Below, piece by piece: positions 41,097 through 49,452 of a DNA stretch of 64,000 nucleotides. Source of the stretch: Armatimonadota bacterium (lineage in GTDB: Bacteria; Armatimonadota; SYMT01); NCBI GenBank assembly GCA_046292385.1, contig JBKBRF010000034.1:14179-78178 (forward strand), in the 5' to 3' direction. Under the pieces are notes generated by a model, which ran no database searches, was not told where the DNA came from, and worked only from the letters and a program-made list of their open reading frames with translations. The translations under genes and the position numbers were made by a program. How positions within the stretch are numbered: position 1 is the first letter of the stretch; the number at the start of each line of letters is the position of its first letter.

Positions 41097-42422
41097 ATGA
41101 AGAACCCGAAGGCTCCGCGCAACTGCGGAAGTCCCGACCATAAGATCCACCGTCGCCGCTTCCTGGAGGGGACCCTCGCGGGTGCGCTCAGCGTCTCCAG
41201 CTTCAGCGGCCTGTTCTCGATCCCCGCCTTCGCGGAGCAGGCGAAGAAGGAGCAGAAGCACGTCATCCTGCTCTGGCTCTGCGGCGCGCCGAGCCAGTTC
41301 GAGACCTGGGACCCGAAGCCGGGCGTGCCGACGAGTGGACCGTTCGGGAGCATCCCGACCAACCTGCCGGGCGTGCATGTGAGCGAGCTGATGCCGCGCT
41401 GCGCCAGGATGATGGACAAGCTGGCGGTGATCCGCTCGATGAAGACGTCCCAGAGCGAGCACCTCCAGGCGATCGACCTGCTGAACCGGGGAGACGGTCC
41501 CCGCCCACCGTTCATCCGCCCCACGCTCGGCAGCGTGCTGGGCCAGCAGCTCGGCCAGCTCGACAGCCCGATCCCGAGCTTCGTCCTCCTCGATCCCTGC
41601 CCGGAAGGCAACGAGTTCCGCGCCTTCAAGGCGGGCAACTGGGCCGGCTGGCTCGGCGCGGAGTACGGCCCGGTGCGCGTGGGCGGCGAGTTCAGGATCG
41701 AGGACATCGCGCGTCCGGAGGAGCTTTCGGAGGTCGACCACGAGGAGCGGGAGGCGCTGCGCCGCTTCCTGAGCCGGAAGTACGAGAACGACCGCAAGAG
41801 CGCGGCCTCCGGCTCCTACAACGCCGCCTACGAGCGCGTGAAGGGGCTGATGAGCTGCGCGCACCTATTCGACCTGGAGAAGCTGCCGCAGAAGGACCGC
41901 GACCGGTACGGGCCGGGCGCCTTCGCCCAGCACGCGCTGCTGGCCCGCCACCTGGTGGAGAACGGCGCGCCGTTCGTGATGGTGGCGAACGGGATGCCGT
42001 GGGACTGCCACGTCTACAACCACGAGATGCACCAGATGCTGGTGCCGGAGCTGGACCAGGTGATCTTCAACCTGATCAACGACCTGGAGCAGCGCGGCAT
42101 GCTCGACAAGACGCTGGTGATCATGATGGGCGAGTTCGGCCGCACGCCGAACCTGAACGACGCCCGCGGCCGCGACCACTACCCGAACGCCTGGAGCATG
42201 GCGCTGGCCGGCTGCGGCATCCGCGGGGGCGTGGTCTACGGCGCCACGGACGAGCTGGGGATCGACGTCAAGGAGAACCCGGTCGACCAGCGCCAGCTCT
42301 TCTCGACCTTCTTCACCGCGCTCGGCATCGAGCCGCACGAGCAGTACGACCTGCCCGGACTGCCCACCTTCTACCGCGTAGAGGGTGATGCAAAGCCGAT
42401 CCGAGAGGTGCTGCGGGTCTAG
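41097..42422 (+). CDS. DUF1501 domain protein (Tat signal)
   Basis: RRRFL, PSQFETWDPKP, GEFGRTP, GRDH, GGVVYGATD. Confidence 0.9.
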   Translation: MKNPKAPRNCGSPDHKIHRRRFLEGTLAGALSVSSFSGLFSIPAFAEQAKKEQKHVILLWLCGAPSQFETWDPKPGVPTSGPFGSIPTNLPGVHVSELMPRCARMMDKLAVIRSMKTSQSEHLQAIDLLNRGDGPRPPFIRPTLGSVLGQQLGQLDSPIPSFVLLDPCPEGNEFRAFKAGNWAGWLGAEYGPVRVGGEFRIEDIARPEELSEVDHEEREALRRFLSRKYENDRKSAASGSYNAAYERVKGLMSCAHLFDLEKLPQKDRDRYGPGAFAQHALLARHLVENGAPFVMVANGMPWDCHVYNHEMHQMLVPELDQVIFNLINDLEQRGMLDKTLVIMMGEFGRTPNLNDARGRDHYPNAWSMALAGCGIRGGVVYGATDELGIDVKENPVDQRQLFSTFFTALGIEPHEQYDLPGLPTFYRVEGDAKPIREVLRV

Positions 42423-42533
42423 GGTCCAGGGTCCAGGGTCTAGGTCTGTGCGGGGCAGACTGCGCCATTCGCAGACCGCTATTCCTGCGTAATGCAGTCT
42501 TTCATCTTTCTTCTTCCCTCTACTTGACTTGTC

Positions 42534-43595
42534 ATGACTGAACTGAAGCGCCTTCACCGGCATATGCTGCCGACGGCGGTCCTGGGCGTCGACATGCGGA
42601 GCGACGGCAGCACGCTCTACGCCGCCTGCATGGACGGCGTCTACGAGGTGAACGCCGAGTCCGGCGCGGCGCGGCAGCTCTACACGCACGACCGCTACGC
42701 GTCCCGGGTGGCGCTGCTGGAGAAAGCGGGCACACTGGTCTCCGCGGGGTACGACGGCGCGCTGAAGTGGTACGACCTGACGGGCGGCAAGCTGGTCCGC
42801 ACGGTGAAGGCGCACAACTTCTGGTCGTGGAGCCTCGCCGTCTCGCCGGACGGCAAGTACGTGGCGTCGGTCACCGGACAGTATCTCTCCGGCGGCCCCA
42901 AGTACGAGCCGGCCCCGGAGACGGAGCCCTCCGTCAAGGTCTTCGACGCCGCCACCGGCGCGCTGGTCGGGAGCTTCTCGCACGTGCCGTCGGTGCAGTC
43001 GGTCGCCTTCAGCCCGGACAGCCGGTATGTCGCCGCGGGCAACCTGATGGGCGAGGTGCGGGTCTGGGACGTGCCGGCCGGCAAGCAGGTGGCGAGCTGG
43101 ACCACCGACTCGTTCACGAGCTGGGGCATCATCAAGAGCCACTGCTACCTGGGCGGCATCTTCGGGATGGCCTTCGCTCCCGGTGGGGAGGAGCTGATCG
43201 TTTGCGGCATGGGCCCCATGCGGGATCCGATGGCAGGCAACGGCAAGCAGCTCTGGCAGCGGTTCGCCTGGAAGGAGTCCCCCGCCAAGATGGTAGCGGA
43301 GACGAAGGCGAGCGAGAGCGGGGAAGGTCTGATGGAAGCGCTGGCAGTCCACCCCGGCGGCTCCCACTTCGTGATGTCGGGCCGCCTCCGCGGTGGAAGC
43401 TGGAACACCGGCCTCTTCAGCCTAGCGGACGGTGCCCTCCAGCACTCCCTCAAGACCGACACCCGCGTCACCGGCGCCGCCTTTACCGCAGACGGCAGCC
43501 GCCTGGCGCTTGGCGGCACCCGCAGCCAGCCGATGCCCAAAGACGGGAAGATCGAGCCGTTCGGGCACGTGGATCTGTTCGAGGTGACGCTCTAG
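42534..43595 (+). CDS. WD40-repeat beta-propeller protein
   Basis: SAGYDG.LKWYD, LAVSPDG, VAFSPD..VRVWD. Confidence 0.85.
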   Translation: MTELKRLHRHMLPTAVLGVDMRSDGSTLYAACMDGVYEVNAESGAARQLYTHDRYASRVALLEKAGTLVSAGYDGALKWYDLTGGKLVRTVKAHNFWSWSLAVSPDGKYVASVTGQYLSGGPKYEPAPETEPSVKVFDAATGALVGSFSHVPSVQSVAFSPDSRYVAAGNLMGEVRVWDVPAGKQVASWTTDSFTSWGIIKSHCYLGGIFGMAFAPGGEELIVCGMGPMRDPMAGNGKQLWQRFAWKESPAKMVAETKASESGEGLMEALAVHPGGSHFVMSGRLRGGSWNTGLFSLADGALQHSLKTDTRVTGAAFTADGSRLALGGTRSQPMPKDGKIEPFGHVDLFEVTL

Positions 43596-43658
43596 CGACC
43601 GGTTTGCATCGCGTCACCCCGGCGCGCAAGCCGGATCACGAGGAGTGCGCGCTGAGCG

Positions 43659-43780
43659 GCGAGGGAATGAATTCCCTCGCTGGGCGGCCTACGGCCACGC
43701 GTCCTCCGGACTTCCGTACCTGACCTTCTCAGTCCCCGAAGGGGGACTTCGTGCCGTTGTTGCCGTGGTTTCAACCGCCC
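43659..43780. repeat. REP-like cluster of short GC palindromes
   Basis: gcgagggaatgaattccctcgc, agtccccgaagggggact, cgtggtttcaaccgc in one intergenic gap. Confidence 0.4.
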
Positions 43781-43834
43781 GATATCGGCTGAAGGCGCCA
43801 TAATTCCCCTCTGGCGGAGAGTGGGGGTGGCGAG

Positions 43835-44722
43835 TTGAACCGGTATCGCGTGGCTCTGGTGGGGGCGGGGATTCTCTGGAGCCTGGGCGGCCTGTTCATC
43901 AAGGCGATGGGCCTGAATCCCTCCGTCAAGCCTTCCGCCCTCGCCATCACCTGCTACCGCAGCCTCTTCGCGGCGCTCTGCCTCGCGCTGCTGCTGCGGG
44001 GTCGGACGATGCCGAAGGCGAAGGACATCCTCTGCTCCATCGCCCTCTACAGCGCGCTGCTGGTGCTCTACGTCTCCTCCGTGCAGGGCACCACCGCCGC
44101 CAACGCGATCCTGCTCCAGTACACGGCGCCGCTCTACGCGCTGGTGCTGGGACCGCTCTTCTTTAAGGAGCCGTTCGAGAGGGCCGACGCCGGCGCGCTC
44201 TCGGCGGCGATGATCGGCATCGCGATCCTCTTCTGGGGCAACTACGTGCCCGGGGCGGAGGCGCCGCTGATCATGGGGGCGGCGAGCGGCGCGCTGTTCG
44301 GGCTCTTCATGCTCTGGCTTCGCCGCATGCGGGAGGCCGACCCGGTCGCGGTCACCGTCCTGAACAACGGCGGCGCGGCGCTGGTCTGCGGGGCGGCGAT
44401 GGCCTGGATCTCTCCGGGAGAGCTGGCGCTCATTCCCCGCGCGCTCGGCGGCGAGGCGGCCGTCTGGCCGATCGTCGGCACCCTGGCGGTGATGGGCTGC
44501 ATCCAGATCGCCGCACCGTACGTGCTCTTCAGCTACGGCCTCCAGCGGGTGACCGCCGTGGAAGCGAGCCTGCTCGCACTGGTGGAGCCGCTCCTGAGCC
44601 CGCTCTGGGTGCTCCTCGCCATCGGCGAGCGGCCGACCCCCTACACGATCGGCGGCGGCGCCCTGATCCTCGCGGCGCTGACCTTCCGCTATCTCCCCCG
44701 CCGCGCGAAGGCCGCTCCGTAG
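43835..44722 (+). CDS. EamA/DMT family transporter
   Basis: About ten TM segments, ANAILLQYTAP, ASLLALVEP..P.W..GE.P. Confidence 0.88.
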   Translation: MNRYRVALVGAGILWSLGGLFIKAMGLNPSVKPSALAITCYRSLFAALCLALLLRGRTMPKAKDILCSIALYSALLVLYVSSVQGTTAANAILLQYTAPLYALVLGPLFFKEPFERADAGALSAAMIGIAILFWGNYVPGAEAPLIMGAASGALFGLFMLWLRRMREADPVAVTVLNNGGAALVCGAAMAWISPGELALIPRALGGEAAVWPIVGTLAVMGCIQIAAPYVLFSYGLQRVTAVEASLLALVEPLLSPLWVLLAIGERPTPYTIGGGALILAALTFRYLPRRAKAAP

Positions 44723-44809
44723 CCGCGCCGGTCGCGCCGGACCTCCAGGTCACCTATAATACACTCGGGTCGCTCGGGGCCGCAGTGAGAGGAGAGAGGA
44801 GGCGCCCGG

Positions 44810-45094
44810 ATGTCGCTCGTCATCAACTTACCGGAATGGGAAGATCGACTCCGAGAAGAGGCGGCCGAGGCGGGCAAGGAGCCCGGGGAGTACGTCTCGG
44901 AGCTGCTCAAGCGCCAGCTCGTCCTACACGAGCTGGAGGCGCTCAAGCAGCGTAAGCCGCCGCAGAGTCTCGCGGACCTGAAGCCCAAGCGACCGGCCCC
45001 TCCGGGACAGAGCTGGATCGCGGCGATCGTGGGAAAATGGCCGGGGGATGAGAGCGATGAGGAAGTCGAGCGCATCCTGGAAGAGATGAGCTGA
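44810..45094 (+). CDS. Small antitoxin-like (ribbon-helix-helix-like) protein
   Basis: L.INLPE.EDRLREEA...G..P.EYV; IVGKWPGDESDEE; strong RBS and TATAAT at ~44755. Confidence 0.55.
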   Translation: MSLVINLPEWEDRLREEAAEAGKEPGEYVSELLKRQLVLHELEALKQRKPPQSLADLKPKRPAPPGQSWIAAIVGKWPGDESDEEVERILEEMS

Positions 45095-45138
45095 CGTCGA
45101 AGATCATCCTCATCCTCGGGATCGTGCTCCCGACCAGG

Positions 45139-45579
45139 CTACGACCTCCAAAGCTCGACTTCCGAGTCGACCACTCCGTCGCTGACACGCAAACGGTACC
45201 CCCGTCCGAAGAGGCGGCCGTAGGTCAGCTGGACGTACAGCCAATTCGTCTCCGCAGCGTATGGCGCGAAGCTCGCGATACCGATCGGGTAGCGGCGTTC
45301 GCCGTAGATCCCCGTCTGCTCGGAATACGGTCGCTGACACCATGGCTGAAGGAAGTGTACGGACCAGAACCGGCGAAACCCCCACGGGCTACGAGGGGTG
45401 ACCCCCGAATCGCTGAGAAACCACGCATCCAGAGCCGGCGAAGCTGCGTAGTCCAGCGCGTCCGCCTCGCCATCCACGGGGGCATGACGGGTGATCCACA
45501 TCCCCCACGGCCGGTTCTCCGCCTGTGCTTGCCAGTGTCGCTGGAGGAATAGAAGCACCGCGCCAAGCTGTGCATCCAT
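45139..45579 (-). CDS. Hypothetical protein
   Basis: Trp/aromatic-rich ORF with AGGAG RBS. Confidence 0.5.
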   Translation of the reverse strand: MDAQLGAVLLFLQRHWQAQAENRPWGMWITRHAPVDGEADALDYAASPALDAWFLSDSGVTPRSPWGFRRFWSVHFLQPWCQRPYSEQTGIYGERRYPIGIASFAPYAAETNWLYVQLTYGRLFGRGYRLRVSDGVVDSEVELWRS

Positions 45580-45755
45580 GGCTCAACTCCTGCTCAACTC
45601 CTTTACGCCTCCCGGACGAGTGAGCACCGAGCATCTTCGTTCATCAACGCTTTGCTGACGGCCATATGGCTCCGGCTGCGATCACAGCGCCAGGCAGCGT
45701 ACTACTCTTGTCGTCGGCAGTGCCTGCGATACGGTAGCCGCTTGTGCAGGCGAGA

Positions 45756-46103
45756 TCATCCGTCAGCACTCTCTGAAGCGTCGTCTCCAGCGCGCAGCGT
45801 CAGCAGGTAAGTGCACCTCTCGTAAAGGCTATACTTCGGCGAGTCGTTCTCGATGTAGAACGCCTCCACTGCTCCGCATTTGGTTCCGCGTTCGGCGTTG
45901 GCGCGGTCGACGCCGGTTCGGATCGCTCGTTCGAGCTGCACCTCATCAATCTGGCCGTGGCTGCAGGTGCCGATAGGCGGACGCCGATGCAATGTGAGCT
46001 GGGCTGAGCCGTGGGCGCCGAACCGCAGCCCCAGCAGTACGTGCGAAGGGCCGGTAATAAACGAAGCGGTTTGGAACCCACCGATCTCGCTGAATTGCGG
46101 CAT
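45756..46103 (-). CDS. Hypothetical protein
   Basis: ORF with GGAG RBS and globular composition. Confidence 0.5.
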   Translation of the reverse strand: MPQFSEIGGFQTASFITGPSHVLLGLRFGAHGSAQLTLHRRPPIGTCSHGQIDEVQLERAIRTGVDRANAERGTKCGAVEAFYIENDSPKYSLYERCTYLLTLRAGDDASESADG

Positions 46104-46151
46104 CGGAACGTCTCCCAACTGTCGAGCACCGACCTATCGAAATGACAGTGA

Positions 46152-47579
46152 CTACCGAGCCGCGCCGCGGGGCGGCTCGGGGCCGTGCCGGTGGTGGCGG
46201 GCGGGGTGCCAGAACCAGTAGGCGGGGAGGCCGAGCAGCACGAGGAAGAGGCCGGCGAGCGCCTCCTGCGGCTGGGTCCAGAGGGTGTAGCCGACGAAGG
46301 CGATGCTGAGCAGTACGAACGCGAGCGGCACGGCCGGGTATCCCCAGGCGCGGTACGGGCGCTCCAGCTCCGGCCGGCGGACGCGGAGCACCAGCACTCC
46401 GGCGACCGTCATCCCGTAAAACGCCCACGAGGCGAAGATTACGAAGGTGATGAGCTGGTCGAACAGCTTCTTGTCCTTCTCCCAGCCGAGCAGCGGGTTC
46501 AGGAAGTCGCCGAACGGGATCAGGATGAGGAGCCCGGCCCAGGCGCCCTGGAACAGGATCGACCAGTGCGGGGTCCGGAACCGCAGGTGCAACTCGCCCA
46601 TCTGGCGGAAGAAGAGCTGGTCGCGCGCCATGGCGTAGAAGATGCGCGGGCCGGTGAGGAGCAGTCCGTTCACGGCGCCTGCAGTGGAGATCATCACCGC
46701 CGCCGCGATCAGGCTCGCTCCGGGAGGGCCGAGGAGCGTTCCGGCGACAGTCGCCGCCACGCGCTTGGAGCTGGCGACCTCCGCCATCGGCACCACGTAG
46801 TGGTACGCCAGGTTCACCGCCAGGTAGATGCCGGTAATCGCGAGCGTGCCGAACAGGAGCGCGCGCGGGACGTTCCGCTGCGGGTCGCGCACCTCCTCCG
46901 ACACCGCCGCGCCGTTCGCCCAGCCGTCGAACGCCCAGAGGCTCTGGAGCATCGCCCAGCCGAACGCCGGCAGCAGCGCCCAGCCGAAGCTGCCGCTGAA
47001 GAACGGCTGCCAGTTCTGCGGCGTGCCGATCGGATAGACGAACGCGCCGATCACCAGCGCCACCAGCGCGCCGACCTTGACGGCGGTAAAGAGCACCTGG
47101 GTGACGCCGCCGGTCTTCACGCCGACGTAGTTGATCAGCGTGAACGCCGCGACGGCGGCAAACGCCGCCCAGCGCTGCTGGTCGGGCCCCAGCGCGACGA
47201 ACTCGCCCAGGTAATCGGTGAATGCCACCGCCAGGGCCGCGATGCTTCCCGGCCGCGCCACCCAGAACTCCATCCACCCGAAGAGGAACGCCCAGAGCGG
47301 TCCGTACGCCTCCTTGAGGTAGACATACTGCCCGCCGGACCGCGGGAACATGGCCGCGAGCTCCGCGTAGGCGAGCGCCCCCGCGAGGGAGAGGAGTCCG
47401 GCGACGATCCAGACCAGCAGGATCGTCCCGAACCCGTAGGAGCCGAGGGAGCCGGCGATCGCCGCGGGGGTGACGAAGATCCCGGAGCCGATGACGGTGC
47501 CGACGACAATGGAGGCGCCTTCTACGGGGCCGAGGGCGCGGCGGGGGGTAGGGGATTTGGACGCAGGTGGTTCAGACAT
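46152..47579 (-). CDS. APC family amino acid permease
   Basis: GTVIGSGIF, YAELAAMFPRSGGQYVY, AFDGW, EEVRDP.RN.P, ERPYRAWGYP. Confidence 0.92.
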   Translation of the reverse strand: MSEPPASKSPTPRRALGPVEGASIVVGTVIGSGIFVTPAAIAGSLGSYGFGTILLVWIVAGLLSLAGALAYAELAAMFPRSGGQYVYLKEAYGPLWAFLFGWMEFWVARPGSIAALAVAFTDYLGEFVALGPDQQRWAAFAAVAAFTLINYVGVKTGGVTQVLFTAVKVGALVALVIGAFVYPIGTPQNWQPFFSGSFGWALLPAFGWAMLQSLWAFDGWANGAAVSEEVRDPQRNVPRALLFGTLAITGIYLAVNLAYHYVVPMAEVASSKRVAATVAGTLLGPPGASLIAAAVMISTAGAVNGLLLTGPRIFYAMARDQLFFRQMGELHLRFRTPHWSILFQGAWAGLLILIPFGDFLNPLLGWEKDKKLFDQLITFVIFASWAFYGMTVAGVLVLRVRRPELERPYRAWGYPAVPLAFVLLSIAFVGYTLWTQPQEALAGLFLVLLGLPAYWFWHPARHHRHGPEPPRGAAR

Positions 47580-47607
47580 ATGCGGCGCTCCCGCGCCGCT
47601 AGCTCTT

Positions 47608-47631
47608 ACTCCTTCTCCTTCTCCTTCTCCT
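47608..47631. repeat. (TCCTTC)n tract, left arm of a 24-bp inverted repeat
   Basis: actccttctccttctccttctcct is the exact reverse complement of 48093-48116. Confidence 0.85.
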
Positions 47632-48037
47632 ACTCCGAAAGCCCGCCGGAGTCATACTCAACCTGCGCGTCAGAGACCCGGTCTGCGACGCTGTTCCGCA
47701 GCTTACGGAGCATCCCCACGATCGCGTGTAAGTGGCGCTTACCCGTGTTCGCATCCGTGGCGGCGAGCTTCCCCTGCGCGACCAGGACGTCGAGTCCGGC
47801 TGCGCACTCGAAGGCAGAGCCACAGGCGATGTCGAGGTAGTGACAGCGCTCCCGAGGCGATTGCTTGGCATTTCCCTCTGCGATATTGAGGGGGATACTT
47901 GTCGACGCACGGTCGATCTGGTCCCGAACCGCCAGCCTGCCTGGCGCTCGATCTGCTGTCGAAGTCCACCAGGTGACGAAAAGAATGGCTTCCTGGTACA
48001 CGCGGAGCTTTTCGTGGTCGAAGATCGGGTCAGTCAC
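47630..48037 (-). CDS. Four-helix-bundle protein (23S rRNA IVS / bAvd-like family)
   Basis: FDHEKLRVYQ.A, DQIDRASTSIPLNIAEG, IACGSAFECAA.LD. Confidence 0.9.
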   Translation of the reverse strand: MTDPIFDHEKLRVYQEAILFVTWWTSTADRAPGRLAVRDQIDRASTSIPLNIAEGNAKQSPRERCHYLDIACGSAFECAAGLDVLVAQGKLAATDANTGKRHLHAIVGMLRKLRNSVADRVSDAQVEYDSGGLSE

Positions 48038-48092
48038 CTCACACTCCGTTTCAGAGTTCGATGATGATGGAACCGGGAGAACGAGAAAGAGA

Positions 48093-48116
48093 AGGAGAAG
48101 GAGAAGGAGAAGGAGT
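48093..48116. repeat. (GAAGGA)n tract, right arm of the 24-bp inverted repeat
   Basis: aggagaaggagaaggagaaggagt, preceded by degenerate units. Confidence 0.85.
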
Positions 48117-49336
48117 CATTCGCCTATCATCCGGACGATGACCTCATCCCCCGCCGCGTACCCCGCAGACCCCGACGGCACCACCGTAATCCCCTGCGCC
48201 CGCACCATCGTGGTGATCATCGCGGAAACGCCCATAATCGGCGTGGCATGCCACTCGCTGTCGCGCTGCTCCAGGGTCACGCGCACGTGGTCCTCGCGGC
48301 CGTCCGCAGAGCGAAGGGGCTGGGTGAGCTTCGCGCGCAGGGTGGGGACCTGCTCCGGCAGGTGCAGGAGCTGGCGGAGCACGGGGGCGACGAACTGGTC
48401 GAACGTGTTCAGCACGGAGACCGGCTGGCCGGGGAGGCCGAAGACCGGCTTCCCGCTGCAGACCGCGAAGACGGTCGGCTTGCCGGGGCGGATGTCGACA
48501 CCGTGGACCAGCACGCCGGGGGCGCCGAGCTGCTGGATCACCGGGGCGACGAGGTCTTTCGGGCCGACGGAAGTGCCGCCGTTGAAGAGGACGACGTCGT
48601 TCTCCGCCAGCGCGCGGCGGCCGGCGGCGAGGAGCGACTCCTCGTCGTCCTGGATCACCCGGTAGCGGGTGGCGACCGCGCCGAGCGCTTCGACGGAGGC
48701 GGCGAGGGCGTAGGAGTTCATGTCGCGGATCTTCCCGAACGGCGGAGTCTGGTCCGCGGGGACGATCTCGTCGCCGGTCGCCAGAATCCCGACGCGGGGG
48801 AGACGGTAGACGCTCACCTCCGTGACGCCGAGCCCCATCAGAGCGCCGATGTCGGGAGCCCGCAGGCGGTGACCGGCGGAGAGGAGCGGCTCTCCGGCGC
48901 GGACGTCCTCGCCGCGCTCGATCAGGTGCCGGCCCGCGGTGAGTGCGGCATGCACCGTCACCTCGTCGTCCGTCGCCTCGCACTGCTCGATCGGGACGAC
49001 CACGTCGGCGCCCTCGGGCAGCATGCCGCCGGTCGGGATCCGCGCCGCCTCGCCCGCGGAGAGGGAGAGGGAGGTCGGCTGGCCCATGTGCACTTCGCCG
49101 ATGATCCGCAGGATCGACGGCACGGCGCTGATGTCCTCCGCGCGGCAGGCGAAGCCGTCCATCAACGCCCGGTGGAACGGCGGCAGGTCTTCGGTCGCCT
49201 GCACCGCCTCCGCCAGCACCCGCCCCAGCGCGTGCGGGGTGTCTACCTGCTCCCGCTCGTGCTTAGGCTCCCACGCCTCCGCAAAGCGCGCTCGCGCCTC
49301 ATCCGCCCCCATCAACCGGCCCCACGTCTGCGTCAT
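48116..49336 (-). CDS. moeA: Molybdopterin molybdotransferase MoeA (gephyrin-like)
   Basis: ALGRVLA, PPF..A.MDGFA, IPTGG.LPEGAD.VV, TGDE, GGTSVG..D, IRPGKP, GLPG.P. Confidence 0.92.
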   Translation of the reverse strand: MTQTWGRLMGADEARARFAEAWEPKHEREQVDTPHALGRVLAEAVQATEDLPPFHRALMDGFACRAEDISAVPSILRIIGEVHMGQPTSLSLSAGEAARIPTGGMLPEGADVVVPIEQCEATDDEVTVHAALTAGRHLIERGEDVRAGEPLLSAGHRLRAPDIGALMGLGVTEVSVYRLPRVGILATGDEIVPADQTPPFGKIRDMNSYALAASVEALGAVATRYRVIQDDEESLLAAGRRALAENDVVLFNGGTSVGPKDLVAPVIQQLGAPGVLVHGVDIRPGKPTVFAVCSGKPVFGLPGQPVSVLNTFDQFVAPVLRQLLHLPEQVPTLRAKLTQPLRSADGREDHVRVTLEQRDSEWHATPIMGVSAMITTMVRAQGITVVPSGSAGYAAGDEVIVRMIGE

Positions 49337-49400
49337 GTCGCCCCCTCGTCCTCCTTGCCTGCCACATTATAGATCGCACGAGCGGCGGCAGAATCGACAA

Positions 49401-49426
49401 CGGCCGGGGGGACTTCCCCCCGGCCG
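49401..49426. terminator. 11-bp GC hairpin after the SLT-like gene
   Basis: cggccgggggg-actt-ccccccggccg. Confidence 0.55.
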
Positions 49427-49452
49427 CCAGGTCTTCTCGTTCAGAGCGTGAG

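Noticed and set aside
45100..46150. Integron-like cassette array of small hypotheticals
   Set aside because: No attC-like GTTRRRY/RYYYAAC pairs or integrase recognised.
47630..48037. Diversity-generating retroelement suggested by the Avd-like protein and the near-identical tract in the HEAT array
   Set aside because: No reverse transcriptase in the window. The 79-bp pair has a single mismatch and both copies are coding, unlike a TR/VR pair.
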